64,000 nucleotides of DNA from an uncultured bacterium. GTDB taxonomy: Bacteria; Oederibacteriota; PGYV01; CAWJRG01. Each line of letters starts with the position of its first letter. The stretch's first letter is position 1. Shown one piece after another: positions 39,027-50,482 of this stretch. The notes below the pieces were generated by a model. That model was given only the letters and a program-made list of their open reading frames with translations, made no database searches and was not told the DNA's origin. Where the stretch lies: contig CAWJRG010000009.1 of NCBI GenBank assembly GCA_963845185.1, positions 736,001 through 800,000 of the forward strand. Direction: 5' to 3'. Position numbers and translations under genes: made by a program.

Positions 39027-42000
39027 TTAATGTACTACGAATATAGTGCCTGTTTTTAATATATTGTTGGAACCTGACTCAATCACATAATAATACACCC
39101 CGGACGATACCGGGCTGTTGAATAAATTCCTGCCTTTCCAGTAAACAACAGGCGTTTGTGACGTCATCGAAATTACCAGTTCCCCTGATATTGTATAAAT
39201 GGATATGTTCGCGCCGATTGGCAAGTTGACGATTTTTAGCGCCCCTTCAATTGCTTTGTTGGGATTATAGGGATTGGGATAAACAATAATATCACCGATT
39301 GGATAAGGAGTAGTTGTTGCCGTAATTGTAGGCGTCAGTGTCGCTAGCACTTGCGTCAATGTCGATGTCACTGTTCTTGTAACTGTATATGTCAGCGTTA
39401 GCGTCGGCGTTAATGAAGCAGTAGGTGTAAAGGTTGATGTAGCAGTTATGGTTGGTGTAATTGAAGGCGTTGCCGACAAAGTCGGCGTGGGGCTTGCGCA
39501 CGCGCCGAATTCCTGGATTCTGTTATTATTTGTGTCCGCAACATACACATTACCACTGCTGGATACTGCTATCCCAGAAGGACCGTTAAACTGCCCGTTG
39601 CCGCTTCCACCGCTGCCCCAGCGTGTTATGTATGTTCCTGTACTGCTGAATTCATCGATTCTGTTACTATTCCATTCTGTGACATAAACATTTCCGCTGC
39701 TGTCTATTGCTGCGTCTTGAGTAATGGAAAATTGCCCGGGATTAGTGCCTTCACTGCCCAACCGGGTGATGTATGTGCCTATACTGTTAAACTCCTGAAC
39801 TCTGTAATTCCCATAATCCGTAACATACACGTTGCCGCTGCTGTCTATTGCTATTCCGTCAGGGCCGCTAAACTGCCCGTTACCGCTTCCTGCTGTACCC
39901 CATTGTGTGATATATGTGCCTGTATTGTTGAATTCTTCTATTCTATTATTAACATAGTCAGCAACATACACGTCTCCACTGCCGTCCACAGCCACCCCTT
40001 GAGGGTCATTAAACTGCCCGTTACCGCTTCCGGCAGTGCCCCATTGTGTGATATATGCCCCTGTATTATTAAATACTTCTATTCTGTCATTAACCAGGTC
40101 TGAAACATATACGTTCCCGCTGCTGTCTACTGCTACTCCAACAGGGCCGTCAAACTGCCCGTTACCGCTTCCAGTGCCACCCCATTGAGTTATATATGTC
40201 CCTGTACTGCTGAATTTTTCTATTCTATTATTACCTTCGTCTGCAACATACACGTTTCCGCTGCTGTCTATTGCTAAGAAAGCAGGATACTTGAACTGCC
40301 CGTTACCGCTTCCACTGCTGCCCCATGCCGTGATAAAACAGGGCGTCGGCCCGGATGTTAAAGTGGCAGTATATGTCAGCGTAATCGTGAAAGTGTTTGT
40401 AGGCGACAATATGGGTGTTGAAGTGCATGTCTGTGTCTGCGTAAGCGTCAAAGACAAAGTCTGCGTTGGGCTTACGCACGCGCCGAATTCCTGGATGTTA
40501 TTATTGTCTGAGTCTGAAACATACACATCCCCGCTGCTGTTTACTGCCAATCCAAAAGGCCATTTAAACTGCCCGGGCCCGGTTCCGTAACTGCCCCACT
40601 GTGTTATATATGTGCCTGTACTGCTGAATTCCTGGATTCTTATATTGCTGACATCTGCAGCATAAACGTTTCCACTGCTGTCTATTGCTATTCCTGCAGG
40701 GCCATAATAAAACTGGCCTTCGCCGCTGCCATTGCTGCCCCACTGTGTTATATATGCTCCTGTACTGCTGAATTCCTGGATCCTGCTGTTATTCGGGTCT
40801 GAAATATACACATCCCCGCTGCTGTTTACTGCTATTCCCCACGGGCCTATGAACTGCCCGTTGCCGCTCCCATTACTGCCCCATTGTATTATATATGCTC
40901 CTGTGCTGCTGAATTCCTGTATCCTGTTATTTCCGTTGTCAACAACAAACACATTACCGCTGCTGTCTACTGCTATTCCAAAAGGGCTATTAAACTGGCC
41001 GTTGCCGGTTCCAGTAACTCCCCATTGTGTTATATATGTGCCTATGCTGCTGAATTCCTGAATCCTGTTGTTATTCGCGTCTGAAACATACACGTCTCCG
41101 CTGCTGTTTACTGCTACTGCAACCGGATAATTAAACTGGCCGTTGCTGGTTCCAGAAAATCCCCACTGTGTTATATATGTTCCTGTACTGCTGAATTCTT
41201 CAATTCTGTTATTATAGCTGTCTGCGACATACACGTTTCCGCTGCTTTCTGCTGCTGCTCCTTCAGGATTATTAAACTGGCTGTTGCCGTTTCCACTGCT
41301 GCCCCACACCGTGATAAAACAAGGCGTGGGCCCTGGAATTATGGTTGCGGTATAGGTTGGAGTTGTTGTCATCGTATTTGTTTGCGTAGCAGTTCCAGTT
41401 ATGGTTTTTGTTATTGAAGGCGATACTATTGGCGTCTGCGTATTTGGGGTAAATACTATCCAGCATGATATATTAACTTGTGGTGATAATACTATCGGGC
41501 ATATAGCAGAACTATCGGGCGATGATTCTACCTGGAATGTCGCAAAAAGCAAATGGCATTGTGTATTGGTTGGAGCAGTCGCGCCAGGTCCTCCATTGCT
41601 TTTGTCCCCGTATGTTACTATTATCTGGCCTGCGTTCGCAGTAAGGCCGCTGGCTTCAACTATTATTTCGTTTCCGCTTACGCTTGAGCCTACTAGAACC
41701 CCGCCAGTGACAGTTATTGAAAAATATCCGGGGTCAGTAGCTGTTGTGCTCGGCGGGCTCCAAACAGGAGGGATAGTTATTATTAAAGTTCCGTACCCGG
41801 TCCCCGTGGCCCACGCGATCGGGCCTGCGGTATAAGTAAAAATAAGCGTGTTTCCAGTGCTTCCAGAACGGACCAATGCCGGATTTACAGACGCACTTCC
41901 CTCACCGATACAAGACGTCGGCGTCACGCTAGGCGTATTGGTTATAGTCATGGTTGGCGTTATTGTCGGAGTTATTGAAAAAGTCGGCGTGGATGTAGGC

Positions 42001-43247
42001 GTTGTTGTCGGGCTGCATATCAGGCATTCTGTGAGTGTTATTGTAACAGTCGGGGTAATGGTCGGGGTATTGCAAGAACTCAAGCATGTTATTCCCTGTA
42101 CCTGGCGTATAACCTGATTGTGGTTGTCGCATATAAGCAAATTTCCAAAATTATCAATCCCTACTCCGGAAGGCCAGCTTAACTGCGCACTGACTGCCGG
42201 GCCGTTATCACCGCTATAACCTGCAGTGCCCGTAGTGTCTGCAATTGTGGTTATATTTCCATACGCATCCACTTTCCTTATACGGTTGTCATCCGCGGTT
42301 GCAATGAAAAATTCATTACTGCAACTTCCGATTACGCTAAGCGGGTACTCAAGACTTGCGGAAGACGCAGGCCCTCCGTCGCCGAAATAAGCATCACTGC
42401 CGTTGCCTGCAAGGGTTGTAATTATACCTGTTACTGCGTCAACCCTGCAAACCCGGAAACCATTCATAGAAACTGGAAAATAAACATTATCACTGCCATC
42501 AACCCATACATCTTCTGTCCATCCAAGGGCTGTGTCAACTGCATCCCCGCCATCCCCGCTATATCCTGCACTACCATTGCCAGCCACGGTGTAGATTGTT
42601 CCGTCAGTATCAACCATGCGTATCCTGAGATTGTTGCGGTCGGCAATATACAATTGGCCCGAACAACTCATAAAAACCCCGTGAGGGTTCTGCAGTTCGG
42701 CTGAAATTGCCGGAATATCATCGCCGTTATACCCGCCAACATTAGGGATGCCAGCCACTGTTGATATAATGCCTGTAACGGCATCGACTTTGCGTACGCA
42801 ATGGTTTTGACAATCCGCAATATATAAATTGTTGTTGGCATCAAGGCACACACCAGTGGGCGTATATAGTTCCGCGGATACCGCAGGCCCGCCATCACCG
42901 CTATATCCTTGCGTTCCGTTACCTGCAACTGTTGTAATATTATTACTGCCTGCGATTATTTCCCTGATGCGGTTATTGTAGCTGTCGCTGAAATATATGT
43001 TATTTGCGCTGTCTACAGCAATGTAATACGGATAATAAAGTCTGGCTGATACAGCCGGACCGCCGTCACCGCTGTATCCCAGTGTGCCTGTGCCGGCTAT
43101 GGTCGTGATATCTCCGGTCGCAGCTGATAGGGTTGAAAATAATGCAAATAATAAAACAGTCAAATACGCAAGCTTATTTATTTTATAACGGCAATAAAAA
43201 AAATATGCCCCGCATTGAGTTTGTATTATATGCCCTTTTGGATTCAT
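39027..43247 (-). CDS. Large secreted protein with three NHL beta-propellers, Thr/Pro linkers and T9SS-like C-terminal domain
   Basis: N-terminal AGNG..GYSGDGGPA repeats, two further 6x47-aa NHL modules, IVYPNP...IYTISGELV...SGVYYY. Confidence 0.9.
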   Translation of the reverse strand: MNPKGHIIQTQCGAYFFYCRYKINKLAYLTVLLFALFSTLSAATGDITTIAGTGTLGYSGDGGPAVSARLYYPYYIAVDSANNIYFSDSYNNRIREIIAGSNNITTVAGNGTQGYSGDGGPAVSAELYTPTGVCLDANNNLYIADCQNHCVRKVDAVTGIISTVAGIPNVGGYNGDDIPAISAELQNPHGVFMSCSGQLYIADRNNLRIRMVDTDGTIYTVAGNGSAGYSGDGGDAVDTALGWTEDVWVDGSDNVYFPVSMNGFRVCRVDAVTGIITTLAGNGSDAYFGDGGPASSASLEYPLSVIGSCSNEFFIATADDNRIRKVDAYGNITTIADTTGTAGYSGDNGPAVSAQLSWPSGVGIDNFGNLLICDNHNQVIRQVQGITCLSSCNTPTITPTVTITLTECLICSPTTTPTSTPTFSITPTITPTMTITNTPSVTPTSCIGEGSASVNPALVRSGSTGNTLIFTYTAGPIAWATGTGYGTLIITIPPVWSPPSTTATDPGYFSITVTGGVLVGSSVSGNEIIVEASGLTANAGQIIVTYGDKSNGGPGATAPTNTQCHLLFATFQVESSPDSSAICPIVLSPQVNISCWIVFTPNTQTPIVSPSITKTITGTATQTNTMTTTPTYTATIIPGPTPCFITVWGSSGNGNSQFNNPEGAAAESSGNVYVADSYNNRIEEFSSTGTYITQWGFSGTSNGQFNYPVAVAVNSSGDVYVSDANNNRIQEFSSIGTYITQWGVTGTGNGQFNSPFGIAVDSSGNVFVVDNGNNRIQEFSSTGAYIIQWGSNGSGNGQFIGPWGIAVNSSGDVYISDPNNSRIQEFSSTGAYITQWGSNGSGEGQFYYGPAGIAIDSSGNVYAADVSNIRIQEFSSTGTYITQWGSYGTGPGQFKWPFGLAVNSSGDVYVSDSDNNNIQEFGACVSPTQTLSLTLTQTQTCTSTPILSPTNTFTITLTYTATLTSGPTPCFITAWGSSGSGNGQFKYPAFLAIDSSGNVYVADEGNNRIEKFSSTGTYITQWGGTGSGNGQFDGPVGVAVDSSGNVYVSDLVNDRIEVFNNTGAYITQWGTAGSGNGQFNDPQGVAVDGSGDVYVADYVNNRIEEFNNTGTYITQWGTAGSGNGQFSGPDGIAIDSSGNVYVTDYGNYRVQEFNSIGTYITRLGSEGTNPGQFSITQDAAIDSSGNVYVTEWNSNRIDEFSSTGTYITRWGSGGSGNGQFNGPSGIAVSSSGNVYVADTNNNRIQEFGACASPTPTLSATPSITPTITATSTFTPTASLTPTLTLTYTVTRTVTSTLTQVLATLTPTITATTTPYPIGDIIVYPNPYNPNKAIEGALKIVNLPIGANISIYTISGELVISMTSQTPVVYWKGRNLFNSPVSSGVYYYVIESGSNNILKTGTIFVVH
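39490..41335 (-). repeat. Tandem ~141-bp NHL repeats in two duplicated ~980-bp modules
   Basis: Recurrent gctgctgtctattgct, cctgtactgctgaatt and aactgcccgtt tracts; same unit as 28473-29320. Confidence 0.9.
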
Positions 43248-43425
43248 TTTTCTCCCTTAAATTAAGGAATCTTTCAAACTATAAATTCGATAAATTAGAC
43301 AATAATTTCATGCCATAGTTCCGGTACCTTTTGGATTATTTTATCACACGGAGGGTTTCAACAGGTAAAAAAAGATTTAATTTTATTGTGGATTTTAACC
43401 ATTGATTTTAAAAATGTATGTAATA

Positions 43426-44313
43426 TTAATATGCCCGGCTCACAAAAAATCCTGCGAGTTGAGTTAGTTGTTTTGTGTCTTTTTTTGCTTTGGCGAGTAT
43501 TTTTACTGCTTCAGATACCAGTTTTTCTGCAAGCACGCGCGACTTGGCAATGCCATATAATTGCGGATAAGTAACCTTGCCTGCTTTTGCGTCCTTTTTA
43601 GTCTTCTTTCCCAGCTCTTTTTCATCGCCAGCAACATCGAGGATGTCATCAGCTATCTGAAACGCGAGGCCTATTTTATCGCCGAACTCCCTGAAAAACC
43701 CTGATATTTTTCTGTTTGCTCCTGCCAGTATGACGCCAGCCATAATTGACGCCGTAATTAGCGCGCCTGTTTTATGCGAATGAAGGTAATTTAATGTTTT
43801 TTTGGATACATTTTTGTTCTCGCTGGTTATATCGACAACCTGCCCGCCTATCATGCCAACGGCGCCGGCGGCTTTTGCTATTTCAGAAGCTGCCTTTATT
43901 ATGTTTTCCTTTTTTATTTTTTTATTTTCAGCAGCAGACATCATCAGCTCAAATGCTTTTGTAAGAAGCGCGTCACCGCTGAGTATTGCCACTGCTTCGT
44001 TGAATTTTTTATGTGAAGTGAGCTTCCCCCTGCGGAAATCATCATTGTCCATTGCGGGCAAATCGTCATGGATGAGCGAATACGTATGAATCATCTCAAT
44101 CGCAGCGGCAAAAGGCATGGCATCCCCGTATTTAAGGCCGCATGCTTTTGCAGAAAGCAGGCAAAGTGCGGGCCTTATCCGCTTGCCGCCCGCAAAAAGG
44201 CTGTAGCGCATGGCCCTGTAGATTATGGCCGGATATGCGGCCTTTGGCAGGCTTTTATCAAGCGCCCGGTTTACCTGCTTTGCCAGTTTTTCAAGCATTA
44301 ATTCCGTTTCCAA
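43426..44313 (-). CDS. ispA: Farnesyl/geranylgeranyl diphosphate synthase
   Basis: GGKRIRP, SLIHDDLPAMD, KTG, FQIADDILD. Confidence 0.95.
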   Translation of the reverse strand: METELMLEKLAKQVNRALDKSLPKAAYPAIIYRAMRYSLFAGGKRIRPALCLLSAKACGLKYGDAMPFAAAIEMIHTYSLIHDDLPAMDNDDFRRGKLTSHKKFNEAVAILSGDALLTKAFELMMSAAENKKIKKENIIKAASEIAKAAGAVGMIGGQVVDITSENKNVSKKTLNYLHSHKTGALITASIMAGVILAGANRKISGFFREFGDKIGLAFQIADDILDVAGDEKELGKKTKKDAKAGKVTYPQLYGIAKSRVLAEKLVSEAVKILAKAKKDTKQLTQLAGFFVSRAY

Positions 44314-44330
44314 ATTGTTTCCCCTTTGGT

Positions 44331-44636
44331 TTAAAAAGGCAACTCGCTATCGTCTTCTTTTTCGGTCTTTTCTTCAGGGTCTTCTTCTTTATCTTTCCCG
44401 CTGCCTTCCGGCTCAAACGGCTCTGTCTCAAGGCCGCCCTTAACTTTTTTTTTCAAAACATCGATTTTTAGTTTGGTTTCTTTCAGGATTTCCCTACATT
44501 TTCCTACCAAAGCCATGCCTTTTTCATAGTCGCTAATGGCGTCTTCCAAATCAATCTCGCCTGATTCCAGTTTTTCGACTATGCTTTCGAGTTCTTTTAA
44601 ATAAGACTCAAAATTCTTTCCTTTTTCTTTTTTCAT
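44331..44636 (-). CDS. xseB: Exodeoxyribonuclease VII small subunit
   Basis: FE..L.ELE.IV.KLESG.I.LE.AI..YE.G; acidic tail; lies between xseA and ispA. Confidence 0.93.
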   Translation of the reverse strand: MKKEKGKNFESYLKELESIVEKLESGEIDLEDAISDYEKGMALVGKCREILKETKLKIDVLKKKVKGGLETEPFEPEGSGKDKEEDPEEKTEKEDDSELPF

Positions 44637-44637
44637 T

Positions 44638-45845
44638 TTATTCCACCTCTTTTTCAATTACCGTGGCTTTTAAAGCGCCTTTAAACAATCTGGCCTTAAT
44701 TTTTTCCCGGGTTTTACCTGTCTGGAATCTTTTAATATTGATTTGTCTTCATTGTAAACGACAGCATAACCCTTTTTCAGGATATTCAGTGGATTGAGTA
44801 TTGCCAGTTTCTCTTTTAATGTTTTTATGGTGTCCCCGGTAAATTTTATTTTATCCGCAATAAGCCTGTCAAAGTCCATTCCCACATCATCCAGTTTCTG
44901 CACGTACTCGTTATATAAATCAAAAGGCATTTTAAAAGCATGGCTTTTAGCAAGGCCCTGCAGTTTTTCCTCATATCGCAGGACTATATTATCAAGAGTA
45001 TTTTCCAGCCTTTTCCTGTAAGAGACTATATTTTCATAAAGTTCATGTGAATCCGGTACAACAAGCTCGGCAGCTGCCGAAGGCGTAGGCGCGCGCATGT
45101 CAGCCACAAAATCAGCTATTGTGAAGTCTATCTGGTGGCCTATGGCTGAAATTACAGGTATTTTGGATTCGTAAATGGCATAAGCAAGCTTTTCGTCGTT
45201 AAATGCCCATAAATCCTCAATAGAACCGCCGCCACGGGCCAGTATTATAATGTCAGCAGCGCTTATTTCGTTCATATCCTTAAGCGCGCCTATTATCTGT
45301 TCAGGCGCTTCCTCTCCCTGCACAAGCACCGGATATATGAGTATTTCCACGTTCCTGTAACGCCTGTCAATTATGTTTAAAATGTCCCTTAAAGCAGCAC
45401 CGGTTTGGCTGGTTATAATGCCTATTTTGTCCGGGAAAGCCGGTATTGGCTTTTTATGTTCATCCAAGAATAAGCCTTCAGATTCAAGTTTCTTTTTAAG
45501 CTTTTCGAACTGGACTAAAAGGTCGCCAATGCCCAATAGCTCTATTTCTTCAGCTATTATCTGGTATTCGCTTCTTTGGCCGTATATTGACAATTGGCCA
45601 AATATCTTGATTTTTTGGCCCTCTTTGAGTTCAAATCCTAGTTTTCTATGGCTAGCCCTAAAAAAGGCTATTTTTACCTGGTTATATTCGTCTTTAAGGG
45701 TAAAATAAACATGGCCTGAACCTGGTATTCTCAGATTTGATATTTCACCTTGAATCCAGATAATGCCTACATTATCCTCCAGTAACCCTTTAATTATTGT
45801 TGTTATTTCCGAAACAGAATAGATTTTTCCGTTTTCTTTTAGCAT
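44638..45845 (-). CDS. xseA: Exodeoxyribonuclease VII large subunit (apparent frameshift near 44700-44711)
   Basis: [45 protein letters not shown]. One added base gives the C-terminus [23 protein letters not shown], stopping just before the xseB ATG. Confidence 0.93.
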
Positions 45846-45903
45846 TGCTTTAGCCTTCTTCTTTGTCCGGACATAAGGTAGGAACCTCGTCAAAAGCTAT
45901 GTA

Positions 45904-46890
45904 TTATAACTTTCTCAAATATTCAGCACTTTCTTCAGGCAAAGTATTATTAATATAAAACCCGCTACCCCACTCAAAACCTGCAGAACTCTTAATTCTG
46001 GGTAATATCTCCATATGCCAGTGAAAATGGTCGAGATTAGCCGATTTTAGGGGTGCTGTATGTATCATATAGTTATAGGCAGGGTAATTTAGGGCCTTAT
46101 TAAGCCTGAAAATAGCGTCTTTCAGAATATAAGCCAGGTCATTTGATTCCTTATCGTCAATGTCTAAAAAATGGCTTTTATGCTGCTTTGGCAATATGCA
46201 CATTTCAAACGGCGACCTTGACGCAAAAGGCGTTATACAAAGGAAGTATTCAGACTCTTTTACCACACGGTCTTTCATCTGAATTTCGCTGTCTATAATG
46301 TCACAGTAAACGCACCGTTTTTTAAAATCGTAATATTGCTTTGCCGAATCGATTTTCTCAATAATCCTTTTCGGTATGACGGGCAATGCCATAAGCTGGG
46401 AATGCAGATGGGTCAGGTGCCCGCCTGCCCTTGCTCCCCTGTTTTTAAATATAAATATGTATTCAAGCCTGGTGTCGTTTTTCAGGTCAATAAACCTGGA
46501 TTTGTAGGTTTTAATAACGTCGTTTATCTGGCTGGGTTCAAGCTTATCCATGTCAACATTATGCAAAGGAGTCTCAATAATGACTTCGTTTGCGCCTGTG
46601 CCGGATATCACGTCAAATATCCCTAAACCTTTTTTGGTCAGGGGTGTTTCCACTTTTAAATACGGGTTGTTATTCGGGATGACGCGGATTTTCCATTTGT
46701 TTTCCTTGTCCTTTATTTCAGAAATGGAAAAGGTTGTTTTCCCTTCATTACCCGGGCAAAATGGGCATGATACATCCTGTTCAGGCAGGTTGTTTTTTGA
46801 AAATTCAGAATCTGTCAGGGGTACAAAATTTTTATCGTCTAAAGTTATTACCCATCTGTTTATTACAGGGTCTTTCCTGAGTTCGGACAT
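45904..46890 (-). CDS. galT: Galactose-1-phosphate uridylyltransferase-like protein (GalT/HIT family)
   Basis: MSELRKDP, CPFCPGNE, EVIIETP.H, HLHSQ, HWHMEILPR, AGFEWGSG. Confidence 0.85.
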   Translation of the reverse strand: MSELRKDPVINRWVITLDDKNFVPLTDSEFSKNNLPEQDVSCPFCPGNEGKTTFSISEIKDKENKWKIRVIPNNNPYLKVETPLTKKGLGIFDVISGTGANEVIIETPLHNVDMDKLEPSQINDVIKTYKSRFIDLKNDTRLEYIFIFKNRGARAGGHLTHLHSQLMALPVIPKRIIEKIDSAKQYYDFKKRCVYCDIIDSEIQMKDRVVKESEYFLCITPFASRSPFEMCILPKQHKSHFLDIDDKESNDLAYILKDAIFRLNKALNYPAYNYMIHTAPLKSANLDHFHWHMEILPRIKSSAGFEWGSGFYINNTLPEESAEYLRKL

Positions 46891-47265
46891 TTATTTCTTT
46901 TCTTCTGGCTGTTGGTCTGCCAGCTTATCAACCCTTGAAGCCACATGGGACCTTTTCATGTTTAAAAGCGTGCTTTCCCCGCTTTTAATCCTGATGATAT
47001 CCTCGGATTCCACAATTTTATCAATTATGCCGACTATTCCTCCGCTTGTTATTATCTTATCCCCGGGTTTCAAAGTCTTTAGCATTTCCTGATGTTTCTT
47101 CTGCTCTTTCCTCTGCGGTACGATAAACATGAAATAGAACAAAACAAAAATCAGTATTAAGGGCAAAAACGACATAAACATAGAAGCCGGGTCCGACGGC
47201 CCTGAAGCAGGTGCGCCGGCTGCAGGCGCTGCTGCTGCGGCATAAAGATTTTCTTCGAATAACAT
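46891..47265 (-). CDS. yajC: Preprotein translocase subunit YajC
   Basis: FYFMFIVPQRK, LKPGDKIITSGGIVG; follows tgt. Confidence 0.95.
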   Translation of the reverse strand: MLFEENLYAAAAAPAAGAPASGPSDPASMFMSFLPLILIFVLFYFMFIVPQRKEQKKHQEMLKTLKPGDKIITSGGIVGIIDKIVESEDIIRIKSGESTLLNMKRSHVASRVDKLADQQPEEKK

Positions 47266-47298
47266 GGTTAAACCTCCTGGTTTAAATTTTCATTGTTA

Positions 47299-47320
47299 TC
47301 TCCCCGCCTTTTGGGGGAGA
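47299..47320. other. GC-rich hairpin between tgt and yajC
   Basis: TCTCCCC...GGGGAGA stem without a clear U-tract. Confidence 0.4.
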
Positions 47321-47335
47321 GAGTATTCGCTGATA

Positions 47336-49505
<2,170 letters not shown>

Positions 49506-49603
49506 TTTTTCTCCTTTTTTAATTCCTATATGCGAAATTATAATTGTTTTATTGTGATGCTGCCGTTTGAACTTTTTTTTGTTTATTTATGCACCTGTGT
49601 TTT

Positions 49604-50395
49604 TTATGGCTGTTTCTGATTAAACCCCATACTCTGCGATATTTTTTCAGCAGTTGCTTTTACCTGTTTTGCGTATTCAGGTGTCTTCTGGTCATTCATC
49701 CTCAGAGCCGGCGCTGTTATGCCTACGCATGCGATAACCCTGCCTCTGTAATTTTTCACCGGCGCGGCTATCCCTACAAGGTCGTTTGAATACTCCTGAT
49801 TGTCTACGGCATAACCCTGCTGTTTTGCTTCGTTTATTGCTTCTTTCAACTTTTCAGCAGTGTCTATTGTGTAAGGAGTGAATGGTTCAAACTTGATAAA
49901 TTTCATTACCTCATCTAGCCTGTCATCAGGCAAATTGGCCAGCCAGATTTTTCCGGATGCCGAACAGTGAAGCGGAACTCTTTCGCCGACGTTTGACTTG
50001 ACCCCTACCTTTTCAAGCGTTTCGAGTACATCCACATAAAGCACTTTGTTCTGATCCACTATCGCGAGCTGCACAGTCTCGCCAGAGGACCTCCAGAGCT
50101 GCCTTAAATAGGGCATGGCGTGCTGCCTGATATCAAGCTTTGACAGTACGGCATTGCCGAGTTCAAATAACTTCATGCCAAGACGGTATTTTGAAGTTTC
50201 AATATCCTGCTCAACATATTTCCTGAGCATTAAAGTGGTCAAGAGCCTGTGTACCGTGCTTTTATGCAGGTGAAGCTCCTTGCTCAGTGTCGTAACGCCT
50301 ACTCCTGTCTTGTATTCGCTTAAACTTTCAACTATATCGAGAGTCCTTTCTACTGATTGTACCGTGGTTTCATATACCTGTTTTCTTCTCATCAT
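49604..50395 (-). CDS. IclR family transcriptional regulator
   Basis: VQSVER.L.I, LHKSTVHRLL, PLHCSASGK, IAAPV. Confidence 0.95.
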   Translation of the reverse strand: MMRRKQVYETTVQSVERTLDIVESLSEYKTGVGVTTLSKELHLHKSTVHRLLTTLMLRKYVEQDIETSKYRLGMKLFELGNAVLSKLDIRQHAMPYLRQLWRSSGETVQLAIVDQNKVLYVDVLETLEKVGVKSNVGERVPLHCSASGKIWLANLPDDRLDEVMKFIKFEPFTPYTIDTAEKLKEAINEAKQQGYAVDNQEYSNDLVGIAAPVKNYRGRVIACVGITAPALRMNDQKTPEYAKQVKATAEKISQSMGFNQKQP

Positions 50396-50482
50396 TTCCT
50401 CCTGCTGTTTTTATTCCCCTGTTATTTATAATATGGGTTTTGGCCGTTATTATTTGTATAAACCGGCTGGCCTTTGCCGTAT

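Larger units (their letters stand above)
19817..43365. other. Accessory region of secreted and repeat proteins between ispA and DUF212-dxs
   Basis: Interrupts the common xseA-xseB-ispA-DUF212-dxs order; non-housekeeping content; patchy GC; no mobility gene seen; boundaries approximate. Confidence 0.6.

Noticed and set aside
28473..41335. Regular 81-bp and 141-bp repeats as a possible CRISPR array
   Set aside because: They are in-frame coding repeats (ankyrin-like and NHL) with degenerate third positions and no unique spacers; no cas genes seen.
43298..43316. TGGCATGAAATTATTG as a sigma54 promoter for the NHL gene
   Set aside because: It lacks the -12 GC at the required spacing.
19720..43420. 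Classical integron, prophage or IS element
   Set aside because: No integrase, transposase or phage genes, and no convincing attC-like palindromes seen by eye.
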